In this document: positions 49,114 through 57,477 of the stretch, piece after piece | How positions within the stretch are numbered: the first letter of the stretch is position 1 | Layout: each line of letters opens with the position of its first letter | Source: an uncultured bacterium | Lineage (GTDB): Bacteria > Krumholzibacteriota > Krumholzibacteriia > LZORAL124-64-63 | Direction of reading: 5' to 3' | Length of the DNA stretch: 64,000 nucleotides | Assembly (NCBI GenBank): GCA_963727525.1 | Contig: CAVSGO010000007.1 | Coordinates: 512,001 to 576,000 of the forward strand | The notes under the pieces: generated by a model | Databases searched by the model: none | What the model was told of the DNA's origin: nothing | The model's input: only the letters and a program-made list of their open reading frames with translations | Position numbers and translations under genes: made by a program

Positions 49114-49581
49114 GTGAAGTGTCCGAAGTGCGGCATGGAGAATGACAAGGTCGTCGATTCGCGCCTCGTGCGCGAGGGGCGGGCCGTGCGTCGTCGGCGC
49201 GAGTGCGCCGATTGCGGCGAACGCTATACGACGTACGAGTCACAGGAGACGCGGCCGGTGCTCGTCCTCAAGCGCGACGGGCGCCGGGTGTCCTACGATC
49301 GATCGAAGGTCGTGGTCGGCATCGCCAAGGCTTGCGAGAAGCGACCCGTGAATCTCGAACAGATCGAGATCATCGTCGACAACATCGAACAGGATCTCGT
49401 GCGCTCGGGCCGGCGCGAGGTGCCGACGGAGATGATCGGCCAGATGGCGATGGCGCGCCTGCGCGAGGTCGACGATGTCGCCTACGTGCGCTTCGCCTCG
49501 GTGTATCGGAGCTTCCAGAGCGTGGACGAGTTCCTCGCGGTCCTGCGCAGCCTGCAGGCCGGCAAGGATGAGGGCGCGTGA
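49114..49581 (+). CDS. nrdR: Transcriptional repressor NrdR
   Basis: KCPKC..KVVDSR..RRRRECADC..YTTYE zinc ribbon, ATP cone, VAYVRFASVY. Confidence 0.97.
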   Translation: MKCPKCGMENDKVVDSRLVREGRAVRRRRECADCGERYTTYESQETRPVLVLKRDGRRVSYDRSKVVVGIAKACEKRPVNLEQIEIIVDNIEQDLVRSGRREVPTEMIGQMAMARLREVDDVAYVRFASVYRSFQSVDEFLAVLRSLQAGKDEGA

Positions 49582-50501
49582 GCGACGACCGGGAACAGCC
49601 GCGTCCGCCCGCCGAGGGCCCAGTGCCGCGCGGTCGGGCCGTGCCGCCACCGCCGGAGGTTCCGGAGCCCGATCCGGCACCCATGGGCGACGCGGAACCG
49701 CCCGAGCCTGCAAACACCGCGGACGACATTGCCTCGATGTCGCTGATCGATCACCTCGACGAGCTGCGGGCGGTCCTCATCCAGACCGCGGTGGCGGCGT
49801 TTCTCGCCACGATCATCGCCTGGTTCTTTTCCGGCCCCTTGCTCGACTTCATGGTGCAGCCTCTCAAGGAATTCGGGATCTTCTTCACCTCCCCGTACGA
49901 GGCTTTCGTCACCCGGATGAAACTGGCCGCGATGGTGGGGTTGCTGGTGATCGTGCCCTTCATTCTCTTCAAATTCTATGGCTTCGTGCTGCCAGGGCTG
50001 TACCGCAAGGAGCGCCGCGTCGTCACACCGCTGCTGGTGGCGTCCACCCTGCTTTTCTACGTCGGTGCGGCCTTCGCCTACCTCGTCGTGATCCCGACGG
50101 TGGTGCGGTTCCTCCTCGGCTTCGGCACCGATCTGATGAGACCGATGATCACGGTCGGCCACTACTTCGCGTTCGTGGCCAGGCTCTGCCTGGGATTCGG
50201 ACTCATCTTCGAGCTGCCGGTCGTGGTGTTCTTCTTCTCCATCCTGGGGTTCGTGGATCCCCGGTGGCTGCTGCGGGGCTGGCGCTACGCCCTCGTGATC
50301 ATCGCCACGATGTCGGCGATCCTGACGCCGCCGGATGTCTTCAGCCAGCTCGCCATGGCCGTCCCGGTGAGCCTGTTGTATATCTCGTCGGTTCTCGTGT
50401 CGATGGTGGCCACCCGCGGACGCACCCGCCGCCGCTGGCGCTGGGGCGCCGACACCGACGTCGACGCCCCGTCCGACGAGGACGCGAGCCGAGACCGCTG
50501 A
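49578..50501 (+). CDS. tatC: Twin-arginine translocase subunit TatC (Pro-rich N-terminal extension)
   Basis: MSLIDHLDELR, SPYEAF, FVLPGLYRKE, GLIFELP, AILTPPDVFSQ. Confidence 0.95.
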   Translation: MSDDREQPRPPAEGPVPRGRAVPPPPEVPEPDPAPMGDAEPPEPANTADDIASMSLIDHLDELRAVLIQTAVAAFLATIIAWFFSGPLLDFMVQPLKEFGIFFTSPYEAFVTRMKLAAMVGLLVIVPFILFKFYGFVLPGLYRKERRVVTPLLVASTLLFYVGAAFAYLVVIPTVVRFLLGFGTDLMRPMITVGHYFAFVARLCLGFGLIFELPVVVFFFSILGFVDPRWLLRGWRYALVIIATMSAILTPPDVFSQLAMAVPVSLLYISSVLVSMVATRGRTRRRWRWGADTDVDAPSDEDASRDR

Positions 50502-50546
50502 CAAGGCCGGTACGTTCCGGCCCGAACCCGAATCCTGGTGGCCTGC

Positions 50547-51551
50547 ATGCAACTGCCCGATCATGAGCGCATCAAGCTGGTGATGCTCCAGCGCAAGATC
50601 CAGTCGCCTCTCGCCCAGATGGAGGCGGCGTACGCGCGGCTACTCGATTCGGACAGCCCGCTCACCCGTGCCGTGTGCGACCACGTGCGTCGTGGCAAGA
50701 GCAAGCTCTTCCGCCCGACGCTCCTGCTCCTCTGCGCCATGGACCGCAAGGGCGTGGCGCCGCCGGCCGTGGAAGCGGCGGCTGCCGTGGAACTGGTGCA
50801 CACCGCCACGCTCGTGCACGATGATTTCATCGACGGTGCCGAGACTCGCCGCGGCCAGCCGTCGGTGAACGTGGCCTTCGGGCCCGAGGTGGCCCTCATC
50901 ATGGGCGACCTGCTCTACACCAAGGCCCTCAATCACCTGGGGCAACTCGATCTCGACTTCGCGTACAAGCTGCTCACGCGCACGGCGGTGCTGATGAGCG
51001 AAGCCGAGATGATGCAGGTGGAGAACCGCTTCCGGCTCGACGTCCCCGAGGACACGTACCTGCGCATCATCTACCAGAAGACGGCGTCCCTCATCGAGTG
51101 CGCGTGCCGGATCGGCTCGTCGCTCCACCCGGATGGTGCGGGCCGCGATGCGGTCTTCGAGGTCTTCGGAGGCAAGACGGGGCTGGTGTTCCAGATCACG
51201 GATGATATCTTCGACTACCTCGGCGATCCGCGCCGCCTGGGCAAGCCCACGGGGGCCGACTGGGAGGAAGGGCGCATCACGTTGCCGCTCATCGCGGCCT
51301 GGCGACGGGCCGATGCCGAGCAACGACAGCGACTTTCCGTCGTGGCGCAGGAACGCGATCCGCGGACCCGTGCGGCGGCGTGGCCACAGGTGCAGGGTTT
51401 CGTGGCGGATCACGAGGGAGTCGACTATGCCTACGAGAAGGCGCGCGCCTTCGCCGCCGAGGCCAAGCTGGCTCTCAATCAGCTCCCGTCAGGTACCCAG
51501 CGCGATCTGCTGCAGGTGGCCGTCGAATACGTCGTCAATCGTCTACACTAA
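50547..51551 (+). CDS. Long-chain polyprenyl diphosphate synthase (IspB/HepT family)
   Basis: KLFRP, ELVHTATLVHDDFIDGAETRRG (first Asp-rich motif), KTASL, FQITDDIFD, GKPTGADWEEG. Confidence 0.93.
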   Translation: MQLPDHERIKLVMLQRKIQSPLAQMEAAYARLLDSDSPLTRAVCDHVRRGKSKLFRPTLLLLCAMDRKGVAPPAVEAAAAVELVHTATLVHDDFIDGAETRRGQPSVNVAFGPEVALIMGDLLYTKALNHLGQLDLDFAYKLLTRTAVLMSEAEMMQVENRFRLDVPEDTYLRIIYQKTASLIECACRIGSSLHPDGAGRDAVFEVFGGKTGLVFQITDDIFDYLGDPRRLGKPTGADWEEGRITLPLIAAWRRADAEQRQRLSVVAQERDPRTRAAAWPQVQGFVADHEGVDYAYEKARAFAAEAKLALNQLPSGTQRDLLQVAVEYVVNRLH

Positions 51552-52123
51552 TGGACAGTCAGGATCCGATACCCATGCCCCATGATCACGAGTCCACCGG
51601 ACCCGAAACCACGGGTTCCGCGTCGACCGAATCCTCGCCCGAGGAAACCGGTATCACACCGGTCTCCACGCATTTGCCGGATGCCAGTGAAGGGTTCCGC
51701 GTCGCCGAGCGCGCCGCTGCCCTCGCCATCGACAAGAAGGCCGACGATGTCGTCATCGTCGACCTGCGTGGGCTCTCTGACGTATGCGATTTCTTCGTGA
51801 TTGCCACCGGCCAGGCCGACGTCCAGGTGCGCGCCATCGCGGGCGCAGTGGAGGACGGCCTGCGCAAGATCGGACAGAGGCCGGTCGGCGTGGAGGGCAC
51901 GAACGAGGGGCGCTGGGTGCTGATCGACTTCTTCGACGTGGTCGTGCACGTCTTCCGGTACGAGGCGCGCGACTACTACCAGCTCGAACGCCTCTGGGCC
52001 GACGCGCCGGTCCTGGTGGTCGACGCGGACCACCTGAGCAGCGACGGATTCAGGGAGCGGCAGCCCGAGCTCATCACGCCGCCGGCAGCCGGCCGCGCAG
52101 GCGAAGCGACGGAAGCACCATGA
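51551..52123 (+). CDS. rsfS: Ribosome silencing factor RsfS
   Basis: DKKADDVVIVDL, DFFVIATG, WVLIDFFDVVVHVF, RDYYQLERLWADA. Start uncertain (51551 or 51575). Confidence 0.93.
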   Translation: MDSQDPIPMPHDHESTGPETTGSASTESSPEETGITPVSTHLPDASEGFRVAERAAALAIDKKADDVVIVDLRGLSDVCDFFVIATGQADVQVRAIAGAVEDGLRKIGQRPVGVEGTNEGRWVLIDFFDVVVHVFRYEARDYYQLERLWADAPVLVVDADHLSSDGFRERQPELITPPAAGRAGEATEAP

Positions 52124-53856
52124 TCGAGACCATCATCGGCGACGCGCTGCGCCGGGCGCTGGAGAAGCTCGGTATCTACGAGGACGATGTCGAGATCGCG
52201 CTGGAGAAGCCGCGCGACCGCGGACACGGCGATCTGAGCACGAATCTCGCGCTCGCCCTGGCCAAGCGCCTCGGGCGCAAACCGCGGGAACTGGCCGGCG
52301 AGCTGGCCGCGGCCCTGGCGATCGACCGTGATGAGATCGAGTCGGTGGAGATCGCGGGTCCCGGATTCATCAATTTCAGGATCGCGCGCCCCTTTCACGT
52401 CGCGCGGCTGCTCGAGCTGCTGGACGGCCGCGCGCTGGAGGCCATCAAGACCGGCGGCGACAAACGCATCAACGTGGAATTCATCAGCGCCAATCCCACC
52501 GGTCCGCTCAATGTGGTCTCGGCGCGGGCCGGCGCCTTCGGCATGACGCTATGCCGCCTCCTCGACGCCGTGGGCTTCGATGCCCATAGCGAGTACTACG
52601 TCAACGATGCCGGTCGCCAGGTGAGCCTGCTCGGCGCGTCGCTGCGAGCCCACTATCTGCAGCTTCGCGGTCGTCCGGTGGAGTTTCCGGAGAACGGCTA
52701 CCAGGGGCGGTACCTCGAGATCATGGCTTCGGAGCTTCTCGAACAGGATAGCGGCGCCATCCAGAAGGCGACGTCGGCATTCAACGACGAGAGCTTCCAG
52801 CGCGTGCGCGCACCGGAGGGCAACGCCGAGGACTGGTGCAAGAAGCCGGTCGACGACTCGATCCGCAGTTTCGCGAAGTACGCCCTGATGAAGATCCTGA
52901 GCTGGCAGCGTGATACCTGCCGCCGCTTCGGCTTGCGCTTCGAGACCTGGTACTTCGAGTCGGAGCTGCACGAAACCAAACGCGTCGAGCGCGCGCTCGA
53001 CCGGCTCAAGCGCTCCGGCATGACCTTCGAGCAGGACGACGCGCTCTGGTTCCGTTCCACCGATTTCGGTGACGAGAAGGATCGCGTCCTGATGCGCGCC
53101 GACGGGGCGCCCACGTATTTCCTGGCGGACATCGCCTACCATTACCACAAGTTCCAGCGTGGGTTCGAGCATGCGATCGACTTCTGGGGTCCCGACCATC
53201 ACGGCTACATCCCGCGCATGCAGGGAGCGATGCGCGCCCTCGGCGTGGAGGACGACTGGCTCGAGGTGCAGATCCTTCAGCACGTCACATTCCTCGAAGA
53301 TGGCAAGCCCATCAACATGTCGAAGCGCAAGGGCCATTTCGTCACCATGGATGCGTTGATCGACGAGGTGGGCGCCGACGTCGCCAAGTTCATCTTCCTG
53401 ACGCGCAAGCCCAACTCGCACCTGGAATTCGACCTCGACCTCGCCAAGACGCAGTCGAACGAGAATCCGGTGTACTATGTGAAATACGCACACGCTCGGA
53501 TCTGCTCGGTGCTGCGCCAGGCGGCCGAGGCCGGGGTAGCCGTGCTCGCGCCGGATGCCGAGGGTCTCATGGCGCTGGAGCACGACGCGGCCTGGGCTCT
53601 CGTGCGCGAGCTGATCCGGCTGCCGCAGGTCATCGTGTCGGCTGCCGAGGCCCGCGAGCCCCATCGTCTCACCGGGTACATCGGCGACGTCGCCGCGCTC
53701 TTCCACACGTTCTATCATCAGTGCCGCATCCTCGGCGAGGATCCGGCGAGCACCAGCGCGCGCCTCATGCTCTGCCAGATCACACGGCAGGTGGTGGCGC
53801 ATGTCCTCGATCTCATCGGCGTGGATGCGCCCGAGGTCATGGGCGAGAAGGAGTGA
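52120..53856 (+). CDS. argS: Arginine--tRNA ligase
   Basis: HGDLSTN, IAGPGFINF, EFISANPTGPL, EYYVNDAGRQ, TYFLADIAYH, MSKRKG, NPVYYVKYAHAR. Confidence 0.97.
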   Translation: MIETIIGDALRRALEKLGIYEDDVEIALEKPRDRGHGDLSTNLALALAKRLGRKPRELAGELAAALAIDRDEIESVEIAGPGFINFRIARPFHVARLLELLDGRALEAIKTGGDKRINVEFISANPTGPLNVVSARAGAFGMTLCRLLDAVGFDAHSEYYVNDAGRQVSLLGASLRAHYLQLRGRPVEFPENGYQGRYLEIMASELLEQDSGAIQKATSAFNDESFQRVRAPEGNAEDWCKKPVDDSIRSFAKYALMKILSWQRDTCRRFGLRFETWYFESELHETKRVERALDRLKRSGMTFEQDDALWFRSTDFGDEKDRVLMRADGAPTYFLADIAYHYHKFQRGFEHAIDFWGPDHHGYIPRMQGAMRALGVEDDWLEVQILQHVTFLEDGKPINMSKRKGHFVTMDALIDEVGADVAKFIFLTRKPNSHLEFDLDLAKTQSNENPVYYVKYAHARICSVLRQAAEAGVAVLAPDAEGLMALEHDAAWALVRELIRLPQVIVSAAEAREPHRLTGYIGDVAALFHTFYHQCRILGEDPASTSARLMLCQITRQVVAHVLDLIGVDAPEVMGEKE

Positions 53857-53859
53857 TCC

Positions 53860-54768
53860 GTGGCGATCCTGGTCGTGGGTTCAGTGGCATACGATACGGT
53901 GGAGACCCCGCGTGAAAAGCGCGAACGGCAGCTCGGCGGCAGTGCGAGTTTTTTCAGCCTCGCGGCGGGTGCCGACGCAGGCGTGCGAGTGGTGGCCGTG
54001 GTCGGTGACGACTTCCGCGAGGAGCATCTCGCGTTGCTGCGCGACCACGGCGTGGATATCGCCGGGATCGCCCGCGCTCACGGCCCCAGCTTCCACTGGT
54101 CGGGCCGCTACCACCTCGACTTCATCGAGCGCGACACGTTGCTCACCGAGCTCGGCGTGTTCGCAGGATTCAAGCCGGAGATCCCCGCTGCCTGGCGCGA
54201 GTCCGAGTACCTCTTCCTCGCCAACATCCATCCGACACTCCAGGCGGAGGTGCTCGCCGGGGTGGCCCCGCCGCGCCTCGTGGTGCTGGACACGATGAAC
54301 CTCTGGATCGAAACGACACGCACCGAACTGCTCGACGTATTGCGCAAGGTCGACGTGCTGCTGGTCAACGACTCCGAGGCCAAGCTGCTCACCGGGGAGG
54401 CGAGCCTCGTGCGCGCTGCCGCGGCGATTCGCGATCTCGGTCCCGCGCGGGTCGTGATCAAGAAGGGAGAGCACGGTGCTCTCTACTTCGGCGGAACGTC
54501 ACGCCTCGCGGTGCCGGCTCTGCTCCTGCCCGAGGTCGTCGACCCCACCGGCGCCGGCGACAGCTTTGCCGGCGGGTTCGTGGCCAGCCTCGCCGCGAGG
54601 GGTGTCGGTCGCGAAGCCAGTGACGACGCCTTCCGGCAGGCGATGATCGACGGGACCGTGGCTGCCAGCTTCTGTCCGGAGGCATTCAGTGTCGACGGAC
54701 TGCTGCGCCGCACCCCGAGCGACGTGGCCGGGCGCCGCGAGTGCTTGCTGAATATGATGGTTCCTTAG
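53860..54768 (+). CDS. PfkB-family carbohydrate/nucleoside kinase
   Basis: VVGSVAYDTVETP, LGGSA, DTMNLWI, VNDSEA, KKGEHG, DPTGAGDSFAGG. Confidence 0.93.
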   Translation: MAILVVGSVAYDTVETPREKRERQLGGSASFFSLAAGADAGVRVVAVVGDDFREEHLALLRDHGVDIAGIARAHGPSFHWSGRYHLDFIERDTLLTELGVFAGFKPEIPAAWRESEYLFLANIHPTLQAEVLAGVAPPRLVVLDTMNLWIETTRTELLDVLRKVDVLLVNDSEAKLLTGEASLVRAAAAIRDLGPARVVIKKGEHGALYFGGTSRLAVPALLLPEVVDPTGAGDSFAGGFVASLAARGVGREASDDAFRQAMIDGTVAASFCPEAFSVDGLLRRTPSDVAGRRECLLNMMVP

Positions 54769-54893
54769 TTCGGGAGACGACGAATTTTCATTTTCCATCT
54801 CATCTCATAAGCGTTTATAATAAAGCATCTTATCCTTCTTGTGTTGTCCCGTATGTCGGAGTATGCTTTGTCCGTACTCCGGACTGATCGGCA

Positions 54894-54909
54894 TGGCGCG
54901 AGGCTCGCT
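54894..54909 (+). promoter_or_regulatory. Candidate sigma54 promoter with upstream AT-rich tract and inverted repeat
   Basis: TGGCGCGAGGCTCGCT: GG 54895-96, N10, GC 54907-08. AT-rich 54783-54840. GGAGTA..TACTCC inverted repeat at 54858-54880. Confidence 0.55.
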
Positions 54910-54932
54910 ATCGGCACGAAGGAGACCCACCC

Positions 54933-55742
54933 TTGGAATGGCAACCCGACGAAAGCTCCGACTGGATCCACGACGCGGAACGTTGGATCGCGAAGATCAA
55001 GGATGTACTGCAGTGCAAGGTCGAGGTCGATCGTGATGGCGAGATCCAGGGCGTTCACGTTGTGGCCCGCCAGGGCCGTGACCCACGTCTCATCGTCCGC
55101 GACGTCGAGGGGCTCCTGAAGGCCCGGCTCGGTATCGCGGTGTTCTACAAGAAGATCGGCGTGGTGCAGGTCGTGGAGACCGACGCGCCGCAACCGGCCA
55201 GCCCCCAGACGCCCGAGGCGCCTGCCGCTGTGGCGGCCGAGCCGGACGTGGTGGAACCCGATGTGGCCGAGGACGACGACGACGATGACGTCCAGGACTT
55301 CGAGACCGACGCCATTCTCCTGGCGGAGGAACTCGCTCCCCGCATCAAGTGTGTCGGGGTGGGGTTGATGAGCACCGAGTCCGTGATTCGCGCCGAGGTG
55401 CAACTTCAGGCTGCCGGCGCGGACGCGCGCGGGACCTGCGAGGGGCCGAATCGCAGCGCGAACGACATCGAACTGATCGCCACAGCGGCCCTCGACGCCG
55501 TGGGGCAGCTATTGGACGAATCCGTGAGCCTTAACCTCGCGGAGGTCAGGGTGGCGCCGCTCGGAGGCCACGACGTGGTTTTCGCGGCGGTCGAGTTGAT
55601 CGAGGGGCGACGCGCCGAGCGCCTGTTCGGCACTTGCCAGCCCCAGCAGAATCTGCATCAGGCGGTGGTCTTCGCCGTCCTTGATGCGCTCAATCGTCGG
55701 CTGGCTCTCATGGCCTTCAAGTCGCGAGAGGCCACTGGCTGA
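54933..55742 (+). CDS. Hypothetical protein; C-terminal domain resembles the LeuA (isopropylmalate synthase) allosteric fold
   Basis: AAGGAG SD and TTG start. N-domain (GVHVVA..PRLIVRDVEGLL), acidic linker, and C-domain AEVQL..GTCEG..ATAALDAV..LFGTC..AVVFAVLDALNRRL. Confidence 0.75.
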   Translation: MEWQPDESSDWIHDAERWIAKIKDVLQCKVEVDRDGEIQGVHVVARQGRDPRLIVRDVEGLLKARLGIAVFYKKIGVVQVVETDAPQPASPQTPEAPAAVAAEPDVVEPDVAEDDDDDDVQDFETDAILLAEELAPRIKCVGVGLMSTESVIRAEVQLQAAGADARGTCEGPNRSANDIELIATAALDAVGQLLDESVSLNLAEVRVAPLGGHDVVFAAVELIEGRRAERLFGTCQPQQNLHQAVVFAVLDALNRRLALMAFKSREATG

Positions 55743-55751
55743 AACGGAGAC

Positions 55752-55938
55752 GGGAACCGGGACCGGGTGTCGATTACCACAGAGCGGAGTTGATGAGTGG
55801 AGCGGCCTTCTGCTGTCTAAGATCGCCCAAGATAGCAAGATCTAGTGCGACAGGAGGTGCCACGATGATCGAGTGGGTGCTGGATATGCTCACGAAGTGG
55901 GAGTGGTAATTTGACATCTCAGGTTCCGGTTCCCTTTT
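55752..55938 (+). other. Long-range inverted repeat (29 bp including G-U pairs) enclosing the small ORF and followed by TTTT
   Basis: GGGAACCGGGACC-GGGTGTCGA-TTACCAC (55752-55780) pairs with GTGGTAA-t-TTGACATCT-ca-GGTTCCGGTTCCC (55903-55934). Confidence 0.75.
55865..55909 (+). CDS. Small 14-aa Trp-rich peptide MIEWVLDMLTKWEW
   Basis: Near-perfect SD AGGAGGT at 55852-55858, 6 nt before ATG. ATG ATC GAG TGG GTG CTG GAT ATG CTC ACG AAG TGG GAG TGG TAA. Every sense codon ends in G/C except one. Confidence 0.65.
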   Translation: MIEWVLDMLTKWEW

Positions 55939-56063
55939 GTGATGTTCTCGCCTAAGTTGTATCCAAGAATGCGGTGCATGGGGATCAAGATAACTCAAGT
56001 CTTGTGGCCCGGCGGGCGATACTCTTCCTAGGGGCAGCCGACCATGGCGGGAAGGGCGGACAG

Positions 56064-57398
56064 GTGACCACGACGCGTCAAGCACGGCGCTGGCTTTTCG
56101 CTCCCACCTACTGGGTTTTCGTGCTTGGTGGCGCGCTTTTCCTCGTCTACTTGATTCAGCACCACGCACCCCCGCATCCGCAGTGGGGCGCGATCCTCGC
56201 GCTCTTCGCCTTCCTACTCGCAGCCGATACCAAGCTAGCGGCCTCCCAGGTCTCGGGCGGCCGCGTCATGTCGTCCAAGTGCATCGTGCTCGCAGTGATT
56301 GCGCTCTTCGGCCCCGCGGCGGCGGCGTGCATGGAGGCGGTGTCGGCCCTGTTGCGAGGGCTCATCCAGCGACGTACGACCCCCCGCAAGGCCATATTCA
56401 ATTCTGCGATGCTCGCGTCGGCGGCAGGGGCGGCCGGTCTGGTCTATGGCATCCTGCCGTTCAGCGACAACTACGCGTCGCCGCTCATCGTGCTGCCGCT
56501 CGCCGGCGCCATGGTCGTGCATTCCGTGGTGAATTCGGCCATGCTGGGCGTGATCATCAGCCTCGACGCCGACATGCCCTTGCAACGCGTCTACCGGAAC
56601 AGCTTCTTCACGGCCAAGCTGCGCGTACTGCTGGACCTGCCATTCGCCGTGATGATCGCACTGCTGTATCTCCAGGGCGGAGCCTGGACGCTGGTGCTCT
56701 TCCTTTTCCCGGTGCTTGCGCTCTACCAGAGCGACCGCCTCTACCAGCGCAACAAGGAAGCCCACATCAACAGCATTGCCGCACTGACCACGGCCCTCGA
56801 GGCAGACGAACCCTACACGCATGGACACAGCTACCGGGTGGCGAAGTTGGCGGTGACCATCGGCGGTTCCATGAACATGAACGACCGCGACCTCGAGACG
56901 CTCGAGTACGGTGGTCTGCTGCACGACATTGGCAAGATCGCGATCAGCAACGAGATCATCTGCAAGCCGGGCCGCTTGACGGAGAGCGAGTTCGAGGTCA
57001 TCAAGACCCACGCCACGATCGGCGCCGACATCGTCGAGCAGATCAAGTTCCTGGCCAAGGCCACCGACCTGATCCGCCACCATCACGAGCGCCCGGATGG
57101 CCGCGGCTACCCGCACGGGCTCAAACGCGACGAGATCTCGCTGGGCTGCGCCATCCTCAACGTCTGCGACGCCTTCGATGCCATGACCACGGACCGGCCC
57201 TACCGCAAGGCCCTGAGCGTCGAGAAGGCCATGGAGGAACTCGTACGGCACAAGGGCTCGCAGTTCGACGATAGGGTTGTCGACATCATGCTCAAGCTCT
57301 ATCATCAGGGCGAGTTCGACGACATGCGAGAGATGCGGACCAAGGATATGCCCTTTCCGACGGACGTGACGCGGACGCCGCAACGGCTGGTCTCCTGA
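56064..57398 (+). CDS. Membrane-anchored HD-GYP cyclic-dinucleotide phosphodiesterase
   Basis: About 6-7 hydrophobic segments, then PYTHGHSYRVA, LLHDIGKI, KPGRLT, HHHERPDGRGYPHGL, DAFDAMTTDRPYR. GTG start at 56064 is preferred over 55974. Confidence 0.92.
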   Translation: MTTTRQARRWLFAPTYWVFVLGGALFLVYLIQHHAPPHPQWGAILALFAFLLAADTKLAASQVSGGRVMSSKCIVLAVIALFGPAAAACMEAVSALLRGLIQRRTTPRKAIFNSAMLASAAGAAGLVYGILPFSDNYASPLIVLPLAGAMVVHSVVNSAMLGVIISLDADMPLQRVYRNSFFTAKLRVLLDLPFAVMIALLYLQGGAWTLVLFLFPVLALYQSDRLYQRNKEAHINSIAALTTALEADEPYTHGHSYRVAKLAVTIGGSMNMNDRDLETLEYGGLLHDIGKIAISNEIICKPGRLTESEFEVIKTHATIGADIVEQIKFLAKATDLIRHHHERPDGRGYPHGLKRDEISLGCAILNVCDAFDAMTTDRPYRKALSVEKAMEELVRHKGSQFDDRVVDIMLKLYHQGEFDDMREMRTKDMPFPTDVTRTPQRLVS

Positions 57399-57477
57399 CC
57401 GTTGCCGGCCGAACCGCCCCCGACCCCGATTCGCGATGAACCCGGACGAACGAGGATCCGATGCAAGCGGTGAACCG

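Noticed and set aside
55911-55916. TTGACA as -35 for the HD-GYP gene
   Set aside because: No TANNNT at 16-18 nt spacing. The sequence is explained as part of the helix arm.
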